Assembly (NCBI GenBank): GCA_964016885.1
Contig: OZ024742.1
Span: 93,062,001 to 93,126,000 of the forward strand
Direction: 5' to 3'
Length of the DNA: 64,000 bases
Source of the DNA: Eledone cirrhosa
Lineage: Eukaryota
The position numbers and the translations under genes were made by a program. Positions within the stretch are counted from its first letter, which is position 1, and each line of letters begins with the position of its first letter. Under the pieces are notes generated by a model, which saw nothing but the letters and a program-made list of their open reading frames with translations, ran no database searches and was not told the DNA's origin. Of the stretch, positions 11,826 through 25,081 are shown in pieces.

Positions 11826-12437
11826 CACTTCTACGAAATGTAATGTAAAAATATCATTCATCCATATATCTGTAATCGCCCAGAATCCAATCCTACTTTC
11901 TCAATGCTATTCTATAATTCTGTCTAGCTGTTCTAAATAATCTTGTGCATTTTAAAATCCCAGTATATCGCTTGTTACTGTTATATGCTTTATTTAAAAC
12001 CTTCTCCTCGCTTAATCTTAATTTTGGCCGAAATTTTCCAGGATTCATAAAAATGGCCTCCCTAGTCCCTCTAAATCACTGTCACCCCCCCTCTTTATCA
12101 CATACGTGCCTGTTGGTCTCTCTCTCTCTCACTCGATCACTCCCTACTCGCACCAAATATAAATAAACCTGTTACGAGGTACGAATCTCAGAATTTGTCA
12201 ACACTTATTAATGGTCAGTCCACTTCTACGAAATGTAATGTAAAGATACCATTTTCTTCTTGTATCCCCACCCTTCGGTTCATTCATCCATATATCTGTA
12301 TAATCGCCCAGAATCCAATCCTACTTTCTCAATGCTATTCTATAATTCTGTCTGGCTGTTCTAAATAATCTTGTGTATTTTAAAATCCCAGTATATCGCT
12401 TGTTACTGTTATATGCTTTATTTAAAACCTTCTCCTC
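11826..12437. repeat. Direct repeat (~185/215 bp, period 395 bp)
   Basis: CACTTCTACGAAATG...AAAACCTTCTCCTC at 11826-12009 and 12221-12437. The second copy has a ~30 bp extra segment. Confidence 0.85.
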
Positions 12438-12499
12438 ACTCGCTAACTACCCCATACCCCTCCCGCCCCCATTATTATTTGGACCAATCATAACTCAGC

Positions 12500-15400
12500 G
12501 GCCTATGCTATCACTTCTGGTTGCTTTTCGATATGATGGATGGACTAAGGAATTCTGGAGAGTCTGAAGAATCTGGACACTCAGAGACAATGCCAAAGAT
12601 AACGACAAATTCACCTCATGCTGCCGGACGAAAGGGCAAGGACTCCTCCTCTTTGTTTCGGCCGCGGATGGCCAACATAACCCCAACCCCACCCCCTCAC
12701 CGCGCCCCACCCACCAAACGCAATCCAAAACTTCAGAGTTGGTACCATGAATGTAGGCACCTTAAAAGGTCACTCTAACGAGGTTGTAGAAATGCTTGAA
12801 CGTAAGGAGGTTGAAGTTTGCTGTATCCAAGAGACCAGGTGGAGGGGCGGGTCTGTTAGATTCATTGTGGGTAAAAAACGATGCTATAAGCTTTTCTGGG
12901 TGGGGTAGGAATCATGTTAGCAGAAAAATGGGTGGATAAGATAATAGACGTAAATAGAGTGAACGACAGAATAAATAAGACTTGTTCTAAATAGAACTAC
13001 TGTGACAGTAATATCTGCGTACGCACCCCAATCCGGACTGCCTGGCGCTATAAAAGACAGATTCTATGAGACACTGATGCTCACTACCTCCCAAATAACC
13101 GACAGTGACTATATAATTATTGCTGGCGACCTAAATGGTCACGGACAACATTGTGACGGCTATGACGGAATCCATGGAGGCTATGGGTTTGGTACTAGAA
13201 ATGAGAAAGGCTCCAGAATCCTGGAATTCTGTGACGCAAATAACCTAACTATCTGTAACACTAACTTCAAAAAGCGAGACAATCACTTGATCACCTACAT
13301 ATCAGGGGAACATACCAGCCAGGTAGATTATATCCTTACCAGAAGACGTGACAGAGTGTCTGTTGTAAACACTAAATCCCTCCCCCATGAAGAATGCACC
13401 TCTCAACATAGACTCATAATTAGCGACCTCATAGACGTTCTCGACAACAGAAGGGGACTATCCTCAGGAGAAAAATATGGAAGCTAAAGGACCCCACAGC
13501 CAGTAATAAATTTAAAAGCATATTACTTGATGCTTTTGACAGTAAGGAAGAGCAATTAGAGTCGTACAATATAGAGGAACAGTGGGAATTCCTGAAAGCA
13601 AACCTGCTGATGGCGGCAGATGAAGTCTGCGGCTGGAACAGGCCTATAGGCAGGAGGAGAGTACCGTGGTGGTGAAACAGTAAGGTGGAGTCAATTAAGA
13701 CCAAAAAGCAGGCTTGGAAAGTATGGCGGGATGGGGGAAGTAGAGAAGACTATCAAGTGGCCAGGAGGCAAGCTAGGAGACAAGTGTACTTCGCAAGATG
13801 GGAAGCAGAGGAAAGAAAGTTCAAGCATGTTCCACAACGCGAGGACCAAAAACGTGAGGTGTTCAAGATTGCTAGGCAATGTGTCAAGGAAAACCGTGAT
13901 ATTCTCGGGGAGAAGTGTGTACTTAATGATGATGGCGTACTTGCCATCACTGATGCTGATAAGAAGGTAGCTTGGAAGTGTCACTACGAAAGGCTACTAA
14001 ATGAGGAGAATAAATGGGAGAAAGACAGTCTCCCCCACATCGACCCAATAGAGGGACCAGCAGTGTTAGTCGAAGGTAGTATAATAAGTAAGGCAATCAA
14101 AGATATGAAGACGGGTAAGGCGGCTGGGCCTTCGGAAATAGTTGCTGAGATGCTGAAAGCCTCTGGAACGGTGGGACACACCATGATCACCCGGATAGTA
14201 AACCAAGTCATACAGAATGGGGTTGTTCCGAAGGACTGGCGTAGCAGCATCATCATTAACTGCTACAAGGGTAAAGAAGACGCCCTAGATAGGAGTAAAT
14301 ATAGAGGCATTAAATTAATCGACCAGGTCATGAAGGTCACGGAAAAAGTAATAGCGCAACTCATCAGAGAGAGAATTGATCTAGATGAAATGCAGTTCGG
14401 GCAAAAGTACCACAGACGCTCTTTTCATTGTACGACAACTACAGGAGAAGTACCTAGCTAAAAGTAAACCCCTATACTTAGCTTTTGTCGACTTGGAGAA
14501 AGCCTTCGACAGAGTCCCCCGTTCCATTATCTGGTGGGCTCTTAGAAAACTAGGTGTTGATGAATGGCTTGTGAGAGCTATACAAGCCATGTATAAAGAA
14601 ACAGTCAGCAAGGTTAGAATTAACAATGAATATAGTGAAGAGTTTAGCGTAAAAGTTGGTGTTCATCAGGGCTCCGTTCTTAGCCCCCTACTATTTATTA
14701 TTGCCCTTCAGGCTATAACAGTGGAGTTCAAGACCGGCTGCCCATGGGAACTCCTATACGCAGATGATCTAACGCTCATAGCTGAATCAATGGTTGAACT
14801 AGAGAAGAAATTCCAAACATGGAAGCATGGCCTAGAATCAAAAGGCCTTAAATTAACCTGTCTAAGACTAAAGTTCTAGTTTGTAGGAAGGAAAATAGGG
14901 CACCGGTCCCATCCGGGAAATGGCCATGCTCAGTGTGTCCCAAATGCAAAGTATAGGTGCATAAAAGATGTAGTGGGATCACAGGTAAGCTAACTAAGAA
15001 TATAGATTTTATATGTGGCCGGTGCTCTGGTGCAATAAGTAGCAGCAAGTGCCCACAGAATACTAGCTCATTCCATTGCACAGATGGTTCTATAGAAATA
15101 GTGGACACCTTCCGTTACTTGGGTGACAAAATCAGCAGTGGTGGAGGGTGCTCTGAAAGTACAGTAGCTAGAGTCAGAACTGGATGGAAAAAGTTCAGAG
15201 AGCTTATACCACTATTAGCCGCTAAAGGGTTCTCTCTAAAAATGAAAGGCAGGCTGTATGATGCCTGCATACGAACAGCAATGTTACATGGCAGTGAGAC
15301 CTGGGCATTGTGTGCAGAGGATATACGCAGACTGGAGAGAAACGAAGCTTGCATGCTCCGCTGGATGTGTAATAGTAATATACGTGAACGGCAAAGAATA

Positions 15401-16050
15401 AACGAACTAATGGAAAATTAGAAATAAGAGGGATCAGATGCTGTTTACTCGAGAGAAGACTACGTTGGTACGGTCACGTGATGCGCATGAAAGACGACAG
15501 CTGTATAAAAAAGTGCAGGGCGATCAAAATAGACGGTAGCCACGGAGTAGGCAGACCCAGAAAAACCTGGGATGACTTGATAAATTCCGACCTCACACAC
15601 TTACACCTCTCCAAGACGATGCCACTGGACCGAGATCTTTGGCGCTACACAGTAATACAGAAGACCCGCCTTACCTCAGTACAAAGTGAAACCTACTACA
15701 GTCAGTAGGCACCTCTAACAAAAATACACCCCCGTCCCACTACCCCCACCCCATCCACACCACCCCTTTCAATGTAAAGTTATGTTGGTACCACAACATC
15801 CAGTCCGAAACAAATGAGGTCGTGTAGGTGTCACGACAAAAAAACACAGTCCACGTGTAGGTAACACGGTAAAAACCTCCCAGTCCACACTGTAAACGTG
15901 GTTGGTGTTAGGAAGGGCATCCAGCCGTAGAAAACCCGCCAGACAGTTCTCTGCGAGTAAGACAACCACTCTTGCCTCAAGTGGGAAAACTCCCGTCCAA
16001 ACCCATGCAAGCGTGCAAGATGGACGTTAAACGATGATGATGATGATGAT
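12500..16050 (+). mobile_element. RTE-clade LINE, near full length, with multiple disablements
   Basis: APE (VGTMNVGTL, CIQETRW, SAYAPQ, AGDLNGH, VDYIL, SQHRL), RT (FVDLEKAFD, GVHQGSVLSPLLF, YADD), C-terminal RLRWYGHV..GRPRKTW, and a (GAT)n tail at 16033-16050. Confidence 0.95.
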
Positions 16051-16399
16051 ATACATACATACACACATATACATACATGCATATATATACATATACAATA
16101 TGTATAGGATTCCTTTCCTTTTGAGCATATCATTTACAGGGAATAACGCGACTCTATGGCTCCGTTAATTCATCTTCATATATATATACATATATATACA
16201 TACACACATATATATACATACACACACACACATATATGCATACACACATATATATATACATACACACACATATGCATACACACATATATACATACACACA
16301 TATATGTAGATTTACATACATATATATAGATTCATACATACACACACATCTATATATATACTAGACTACTCGTGACCCAACGGGTCACGAGTAGTCTAG

Positions 16400-16744
16400 T
16401 ACAGGTAATCAAAATGTGTATACATTTTTCCGGGACACCATATATATATATATATATATATACCGGTGTCCCTAAAAATGTATACACCATTCTAATATAT
16501 ATATTGCCTGTACAGGTAATCAAAGTGTGTATACATTTTTCGGGGACACCATATATATATACCGGGGTCCCTAAAAATGTATACACCATTCAAATATATA
16601 TATTGCCTGTACAGTTAATCAAAGTGTGTATACATTTTTCGGGGAAACCATATATATACCTGGGTCCTGAAAAATGTATACACCATTCTAATGTATATAT
16701 TGGTTGTACAGGTAATCAAAGTGTGTATACATTTTTCCGGGACA

Positions 16745-16785
<41 letters not shown>

Positions 16786-17092
16786 GGTGTCCCTAAACAT
16801 GTATACACCATTCTAATATATATATTGCCTGTACAGGTAATCAAAGTGTGTATACATTTTTCGGGGACACCATATATATATATATATATACCGGGGTCCC
16901 TAAAAATGTATACACCATTCTAATATATATATTGCCTGTACAGGTAATCAAAGTGTGTATACATTTTTCGGGGACACTATATATATATATATAATAATAC
17001 CGGGGTCCCTAAAAAATGTATACACCATCCTAACAAATAATGCATGTATAGGCAATCAAAGTGGGTATACATTTTTTGGGGGACAAACTGTA
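16400..17092. mobile_element. Tandem array (~6 units) of ~95-100 bp Tc1/mariner-like MITEs separated by (TA)n
   Basis: Each unit is TA-CCGG(G/T)GTCCCTAAAAATGTATACAC...GTGTATACATTTTTCGGGGACACCA-TA, i.e. imperfect TIRs with TA flanks. Confidence 0.7.
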
Positions 17093-17179
17093 TATACACA
17101 AATATGAACATATATATATATATAGAGAAAGTGTGTGCAAGCAACCAATCAAGATCAGAGTTTTAATAGTATATAGATA

Positions 17180-17270
17180 TATTTCTTTATTTACCATAAA
17201 GGCATAAAAAGAAGGGACAAATACAAAGGGGGAGTTTACATACAATCGAGTAAAAAGGGTATAAGTAGTA
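17180..17270 (-). mobile_element. Short 3' end of the L1/Tx1 family seen at 2853
   Basis: ATTTCTTTATTTACCA...GGGACAAATACAAAGGGGGAGTTTACA matches 2853-2912. Flanked by TAGTATATAGATA repeats. Confidence 0.7.
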
Positions 17271-17793
17271 GTATATAGATAGATAGATATAAAGCACTTG
17301 ACTATGAGCATTCTAGTTGTTCAATAAACTGATTGAATAATATAAACGATGTTTTAATATACAGATTCATTATTTGTGTATATATAATATATACAAAGCA
17401 TATAAATAAATTTACAGTAGAATAACATAGCAAATATGTTTTAAATATATTTTAAATAACATTACCAATGTTTAAATAACATTATAAATTGCTCTCGATT
17501 CTTTCAGAAGGATATATTCCTTTAATGTTGCAATATTAAAGAAAATATACGTATATATATATATACATACATATATTTATTCAACTAAGGCAAGTTGGTT
17601 GATTGAAAATCTCAACAGTTTATGTTTATCCGGAGTTTTATTATAATAATTGTTTCTACTTTGGCACAAGGCCAACAAATACAGTGTATTACTGGTACTT
17701 ACAATGTAAATTTTCAAATGTATTACAGAGCCGCGATACAAAATATAAAACAATAAAATCTTAGTTTAATACAATTGCTGATAATTCTTTTTT

Positions 17794-17825
<32 letters not shown>

Positions 17826-18195
17826 ATATATTAATAAATGGAAACTATATATATAAAACCATATTTATCTTATAGATATTTTAAAATACATATATATACA
17901 TACATACACACATATATATATGTATGTATGAAACTTAATTATTCGTGTATGCGACTCCTGTAACGTTTTTAATAATTATTTGATATTACTTACCATTTTC
18001 TTATCTTTTGCTTTAATTGTTTCTACTTTTCTGCTGCGTTCGTTGACAATTGCATTATTCCGTCGAGAAAAATGGCGCCAAACTTTTCCCTTTGAAAGAA
18101 TAATGTGATTGTGTTCACGTGATATATAGCTGGCAGTCGTGAAAGCAGCCGATGAAAGCAGGCGACGTCATTGGTCATCGTTTATTTCCGTATTA

Positions 18196-19026
18196 CTACC
18201 ACCAAGTAACTCCAGTTACGGGTGGTAGTAATACGGAAATAAACGATGTTTTGCTTTCATCGGCTGCTTTCGTTGTAGTGCCGATTTTGCTTACGGTGCG
18301 GTAAGTCACCGTCCGTAGCTGCTGGTCCTTGAACAAATCGGGTGGAGGTTTCAGGGAAACTCTATTTGCGCTTCTTGTAACCATGGCCCTTGCGACTGCT
18401 ATCTCCTCCTCTGTAACTAACACTGTCTCGATATTTCGGGCGACACCTGCAAAAGAAGTGGTCCCCTTTTCAGCAGCACCACTATTGCTGCCGCTACTGG
18501 TCTTACTGGTGGTGCTGAGGTCACTAATACAGGTCTCGGTGTCATTGTTGTTGTTTTCGCTGGTACAGTTGTTGGTGTTGTTGTTGTTTTCGTTGATACG
18601 GTTGCTGTTGTTACTGTTATTGTGGCTGTTGTTATTATTGTTGTTTTTGTTGATACTGTTCCTACTATTATTGTTGTGGCTGTTGTTATTGTCATTGTTA
18701 TTGTCGTTCTCGACCTTACCGCTGTTATTTTTGTTATTGTCGTTCTCGACCTTACCGCTGTTATTTTTGTTGTTGCTGTTGTTATTGATGGTGTTGTTGT
18801 TGGTATTATTGTTGGTGTTGTTTGTGTTAGAAATATTTGTTAATTTAAAATCTGTAACAATCTTTTTTTCCTTTGTAATATTTTCCTTTATATTTACCTC
18901 CGGTGGAACGCTGTCTTGATAAGTCTCCCTCTCTCTGTGTTGTCTGACAGCGCTCTCTCTCTTTCTTGTGTTATCCATGTTGACATTTTTCAAAAAAATA
19001 TTTTTACACAAATACGAATACGACAC
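18196..19026 (-). pseudogene. Poly-Asn ORF, possibly a LINE ORF1 5' fragment
   Basis: 276-aa ORF with an (AAC/AAT)n expansion and non-repetitive flanks (TSFAGVAR motif, similar to the S-[FY]-A-x-[AV] motif of LINE ORF1 N-termini). It sits among LINE remnants. Confidence 0.35.
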
Positions 19027-19195
19027 CCCGTAAAGGGGTGCCGTATTATTTACTAGTGAACCCCTGTATTAGGTGGGTCACTTCTTCTAAACTTTTATCA
19101 AATTTAAAACTTGAATAAAAGGTTTAGAATGGTTGAAAACGAGGTAAAACGTTGAAAAAAAACTGGAGGCGATAAGAAGCGTGGCTTCACCAACA

Positions 19196-19360
19196 ATAAT
19201 AATAATAATAATTGTTTCTACTTTAGGCACAAGGCCAGCAATTATCCAGTGCATTACTGGTACTTTATTTTATCGACCCCGTAAGGATGAAAGGCAAAGT
19301 CAACCTCGGCGGGATTTGAACTCAGATCATAAAGGGACGTAACTATGCTGGAAAGCATGG
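19196..19360 (-). mobile_element. tRNA-derived SINE with Nin/Deu-type core
   Basis: On the minus strand: B-box GAGTTCAAATCC, core GCCTTTCATCCTTACGGGGTCGATAAAATAAAGTACCAGT, (ATT)n tail. Confidence 0.8.
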
Positions 19361-19368
19361 CTAATAAT

Positions 19369-19897
19369 GATTTCATTTATTAGCCACAAGGGCCGACATG
19401 TAGGGGACAATACAAAGACAGCGACAGTGGCGGTTTACAATAAGGTCGAGTAAAAGTGCACAATGGCAAGACTAATTTAACAATGAAAATATAAAAATAT
19501 AAAATAAACTATGCATAAATATAACAAAATAAATTCCCCGATAGGGGGTGGACGACCCTGGGGTGATTCGGGTACCCCACCAATCCTAAACCACCCTGCG
19601 CTTCTAGGGCACCCAGGGAGAGCACCCCTCTCCTCAAGTTAGCTAGCCTATAGGCGCATGGTCAGAGTAGGCCCATTCACACGAGCCATTCTCACCACAT
19701 TCACCCACCTTTTAGCAAATGTACTGAGGGGGGGGGGGGGGGCAGCACTTCTCTCTCCACCCTCACCTTCCTTTCCAGGTGAAACTTGAAGAAGTTGATG
19801 AGGGATTGGCCAAAGAGAAAAGTGTCTGTCTTTAGTCCTTTCAACCTGGTCCACCATATAATCTCTTTCGCAACTGCCACCAGACAGGAAAATTTCC
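19369..19897 (-). mobile_element. L1/Tx1 LINE 3' fragment
   Basis: CLVAVAKEIIWWTRLKGLKTDTFLFGQSLINFFKFHL matches the C-terminus of 20992-21792. Confidence 0.85.
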
Positions 19898-19900
19898 TGT

Positions 19901-20750
19901 AATAATAATTCATGAAAAATCCCTTCATAGTACCTTCTTTGAGAAAACGGAATTCAGAGATCCACAGACATGGAACTGGTTGAGAAGAGGAGACCTTAAA
20001 AAGGCTACAGAAGGAATGCTAATGGCTGCGCAAGAGCAGGCCCTCAAAACGAAGTGGCTGAAACACCATATTTACAAGGAGGAAGCTAGCCCACTGTGCA
20101 GGATCTGTGGAGAGAGAGAGGAGACTGTGGCTCACATTGTATCTGAGTGTAAACACCTAGCCCAGACTCACTATAAAGGCTGGAGACATGATGTGATGGG
20201 CAGGGTGATCCACTGGCACCTATGCAAAGTAAACAATTTACCACATTCTGAGAAGTGGTATGAGCATAAGCCAGAGTCGGTGATAGAAAACGATCAGGTG
20301 AAGGTGCTATGGGATTTTAGGATACAGACGGACAAGAAACTGGAACACAATAGACCTGACATGGTAGTTTTGGACAAGGAAAAAAGATTGTGGATGTGGC
20401 CTGCCCATTCGACACGAGAGTGCAAGAGAAGGAGAGGGAGAAAATTAACTGATACCAGGACTTAAAGTGGGAGGTAAAAAGGATTTGGAACTGCCATTAA
20501 GTCAAAGTGGTCCCGATTGTCATAGGAGCACTAGGTACTATCTCAAAAGTTTCCAGTGATGGTTAAAGAAAATTGGCCCCGCCACGCTTTTTGGAACACT
20601 TCAAAAGGCATGCTTGCTGGGAACAGCAAGAACCCTCCGATACGTCCTGAATATCTGAGGCTGCAGGTAGTGGCTTGATATTCATTTCAACAAACTTTCC
20701 AGTTAACTAACATCAATGACTGAGACTCAAAGAATAATAATAATAATAAT
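19901..20750 (+). mobile_element. R4/Dong-clade (RLE-type) non-LTR retrotransposon 3' fragment
   Basis: EGMLMAAQEQAL, CRICGEREETVAHIVSEC (CCHC), RHD, LWDFRIQTD..HNRPD (PD..D RLE) and VPIVIGALGT. (TAA)n tail at 20733-20750 and TAATAATAA at the 5' junction. Confidence 0.88.
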
Positions 20751-23357
20751 GGTTTCTTTAGAAAAACATTAGAGATGGCACAGAAAAGTACAGGACGATA
20801 CAAAATGGGTTTTGGTCATATAAACAGGTTATAACAAAATCGGGCTAGTAATCAAAAAAATTCAAACAACAAAAATTCCCCAAAAAGGGGGAAACCTCCG
20901 AGGGTCACTCGTGGCGGAAACCACACAAAAAAACCATGGCCACCCTGATCCCCAGGGCAAGCGCCCTCTCTCAGTTTTCCCACTCCTCAGTCTACAGGCA
21001 CATATTCAGAGCGGGCCCGTTCACCCGGACCATACTTCTCACTTTCACCCACCTTTCAACAAACTTATTAGAAGACAGCACTTGCCTCTCCACCTTGATT
21101 TTCCTCTTCAAGTGAAACTTGAAAAAGTTAATCAGGGATTGGCCAGAGAGGAAAGTGTCCGTCTTCAACCCTTTCAACCTTGTCCACCACACAATCCCTT
21201 TCGCCATGGCCACCAGGCAGATGAAAACAGCCTGCCCTTCCTCCTCTTTAAAGGAGGATGGCGGGGCTATCTGCACAATGGACTCAGTCAATAACCAGAT
21301 CTGTCCTATACGCGACAGCAGCTGTTCGACATAGCTCCACAAGTCAGCAATCCTTGGGCACTGAACGATTGCGTGCAGGATGGTTTCGTCACCCTGCGCA
21401 CATCTCGGACAGGCTTGGCTGACAGCACCTCCGGGCCTGTAGAGCTTATCCCGAACTGGCAACGCTCCCCGGTAGCACTGCCAGGCCAGGGATTTCTGGA
21501 AGTTGTCCATAGGCCCCAGTCTGAAAGTTCTCTTGAAGAGAGCGAACAGCTGATCGTCTTCGATGCCCAGTGTCTCCCCGAGAACATTGTCACTTTTTTC
21601 TTCCACTAGCCCTCTATAGAACGCCGAGGTGAATGTACCACCGATACTAGTGCCCAGCTGGTAGAGGGCGGTGAGCGCTTGGAGACATTTCAGCTTCCAA
21701 GCGCTATCCCTCGGTCTTTTCCTGATCCAGGACTGCAGCTTTGTCAAGGAGACGAGCTGGGGAAAAGCGCGTCTGGAAAATGGCGACCACACCTATTCAC
21801 CATCAAGGAAGCACCAGAGATGTTGCAGCCTCAGCGCATGTTTGCGCATCATCAGCCACAGCATGCCTAGTCCTCCACGCAACGAGTGTTGACAGCAAAT
21901 GGATCGTGTGACCATGGGAGCACGTCCCTTCCACAAAAAGCGAAAGAGAAGGCGCTCCATTTTGGTCAAACTTGGGCGGGGGCAAGGTACGATGGTCAGA
22001 CGGTAGCAGATGATGGACGTGATGTACGCATTCGCCACCTCCGCCCGATCTTTCAGAGACAGCCGCCTCTTGGCCCATTTCTGGGTGAGAGAGGCCACCC
22101 TGCTCGTCACCTCACTCCAGTTTTCTCCACATGGAGGTCTGGACCAAACCAGACCCCGAGCAATTTAACCGGTCCTTCGTCCAGTACCCCACGACGCTGT
22201 CCGACGGCATGGACTTGCCTCTCCAGGTGCCGAGTTGCAAGCCCACCGACTTTTCCTGGTTTATCTTTCCCGCTTCATATTCCTTGAGAGCGGTACCATG
22301 CATCTGGACGTGTTTGGTGCTCGACACCACCACAGTGACATCATCGGCATAAGATGACATGGATCTCCCCATCCCAGTTCGCGTGCCCCCCCCCCCTCCC
22401 CCCATCGTCTCCAATTTGTGCAGTAATGGCTCGAGGGCCAGCGCCTACAAGAGGAAGGAGAGGAAGCAACCCTGGCGGACCGAGCGCATGATGCTGAAAG
22501 GCTGCGACAGGTGACCATTCACCCTCACAATCCAGCAGATGTCGCTGTGCATCGCAATGATCCAGCCCCTAAAAACGGGCCCGAAGCCGGCCGCCTCGAG
22601 GACCGCAGCCAGGTACCGATGGTCGACCCTATTAAATGCTTTAGATTGATCCAAGTTGATCAGGGCCCCACCTGTGCCAGGTTCCTTAACCACCCTCTCT
22701 ATGATGTATCGCATGAGATGGAGGTTGTCATGGATGGATCTGTCCGGAATGGCGCATGTCTGCGCATCTCTCACCAGATCACCAACGACAAGCGCCAATC
22801 TCTTTGCTAACACCTTAGCCAAAATCTTAAACTCTGCATTTGGCAGAGTTATGGGCCTGAAGTTGTCTATAACGTCCCCCTTGTTTGGGTCTTTTCTTTG
22901 CAGCGCCACCGCTCCCCGGCTCACAAAACTGGGAATGCTCCTGTTCTGCTGCCAATGCAGTAGACATCTGCCAAGAGGTCACCGAACAAGTCTGGCATAT
23001 ATGCATAAAGCTCGTAGAGCAGACCATCCAAACCTGGTAATTTACCCCTTGTGCAGTCAGACATCGCTTCCCGTATTTCACCTGCTGTTATCGGCTTTTC
23101 ATAGCACTGCACTGCGGTCGTCAAGAGCCGTGGCAGTCCATCGAGGTATGCACCGAAGTCCATACTCCGATCTAGCCCGCAGCCCTCCCGAACAATTGAG
23201 CAAAGTGCTGTTGAAAAGCCGCACACATCTGCTCGGGTTCGAGCAACATGCGCCCATTTTGATAAGGCAAACACTGAATTCTGGACTTGTTACCACATCG
23301 CGCCTCCACCATCCGGACCCATTGAACGGCTTTCGTCCCCTCAAAACAAGACCACAA
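20751..23357 (-). mobile_element. L1/Tx1-clade LINE ORF2 (RT + CCHC), 5'-truncated and frameshifted
   Basis: PGLDGL, NFRPITL, LDQSKAFNRV, VRQGCFLS, YADD, CPRCAQGDETILHAIVQC. Confidence 0.92.
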
Positions 23358-23869
23358 ATTTCACAAGGAAGACATTATTAAAAGATTGTCAACATATTTT
23401 AGTTTGATGTAAGGAATGTAGAGAATGATAATAATAATATTAATGATAATAATGTCCGTTTACAATTGTTTCGCTACTCCATATAATATTTCTGGATCAA
23501 ATGACTATATATCATTATTGATCTGGTTCAGTTGAAAATAATTAACATAATTAAAGATAGAGCGGTTCATCGGAACTTCAAAGGAATATAAATTAAAATA
23601 AGGAAAGAATGTTACATAATGTAGTGTTCCATATATTGGTATTTCACTATGGTGTCCTGGGTGTATCAATTGTCTGCCGTAATCAAGCAGTATTCTTCTG
23701 TCGAGGCTGCATTGTGTGAGATCTGCCTATGAGTAACAAGATGGCCGCCAATGGACATATTTACCATACTAATTAGAGGGTGGTTTCAGGGGAGGTAACT
23801 CCTCGAGAGATTAGAAATTGTGGGTAGTTTATAGTTAAGTCCTAATTTTTTAATTGAGAGACATATTGC

Positions 23870-24838
23870 ATGACAACTTGCACCCCCACCTTTAATCTTA
23901 AGGACCACAAATTAGATTTCCTAGATAAACCCACAATTAGATTAATATGCCCTTCTAAGTCAGACATAGGTAAAATTAGCAAGCATATTTTAGATAGAAT
24001 AATAATACAATTAAGGAATAAACTAGTTATTAAACTTTGGGACAATACTAGCGACACAATTAAATGGTTTAATAGTATAGATAACAAAAATACCTCTAAC
24101 TTTATACAATTCGACATTAATGACTATTACTCCTCCATATCACCCGATACTCTAAACAAGGCACTAGCATTTGCGAAAGCCAACTCTGACTTAACCGACG
24201 ACGAAATAAACATTATTCTAGCAGCTAGAAAGACGATAATTAAATTTGAAAATAACTTTTGGGTACGTAAGGATAGAATAGATAACTTTGACATAACTAT
24301 GGGTGCTAATGACTCAGCACAAGTTACGGATATTGTTGGTATATACATAGCTCACACCTTACATAATACATTTAGTTACCTTCAAGGCGGAATATATAGA
24401 GATGACGCTCTCCTATTAGTTAAAAACATGAATAAACAAAACATAGAGCGAACCCGTAAGAGCATTAGAAAAACCCTAGATAGCCTTGACCTTAAAATCA
24501 CCTACGAATATAGTACCAAAGTAGTTAACTTCCTAGATGCCACCTTCAACCTCAACACCCAAATTATCACACCCTTTCACAAAAACAATGAGAACCTCAC
24601 CTACATCCACACTAGCTCTAACCACCCACTATCTATTATAAGGTCCGTGCCACATAGTATATCACTTAGAATATCCCGCCTCTCATCTAACCAACAAATA
24701 TTCGATCAACACGCTGAATACTACAACACTGCATTAGAACGGGCTGGCCACACCGACAAACTAGAATACATGGACCGACACAACCATAAAACACATAACC
24801 ATAGACACGCCAAACGCCCCACAAACACCCTCACCTAG
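23870..24838 (+). pseudogene. Penelope-like reverse transcriptase fragment
   Basis: RT motifs FDINDYY, ITMGA and YRDD. The frame is broken after ~24800. Confidence 0.85.
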
Positions 24839-25081
24839 ACCCTCTAATACTAACCACACCACAAATACAACAGCAACATCAAAGCAAAACAGAACACGGA
24901 GTAGATCTTACATTTGGTATAATCCTATTTTTAACTCTTCCATAAGCTATAACTTACCTTCCACATTCTACAAAATTATAAAAAAAACACTTTCCAAATT
25001 CACATAAATATAGTAGTATACTTAATACCAAAACAATTAGACTCTTATTCCACTGCACCAAACCTAGACGCACACATTAAG

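Noticed and set aside
18329-18919. Leu-rich membrane-protein-like ORF on plus
   Set aside because: It is the antisense read of the (AAC/AAT)n tract.
19196-19360. tRNA genes suggested by GTTCAAATCC B-boxes
   Set aside because: These are SINE heads followed by the SINE core and tail, with no cloverleaf.
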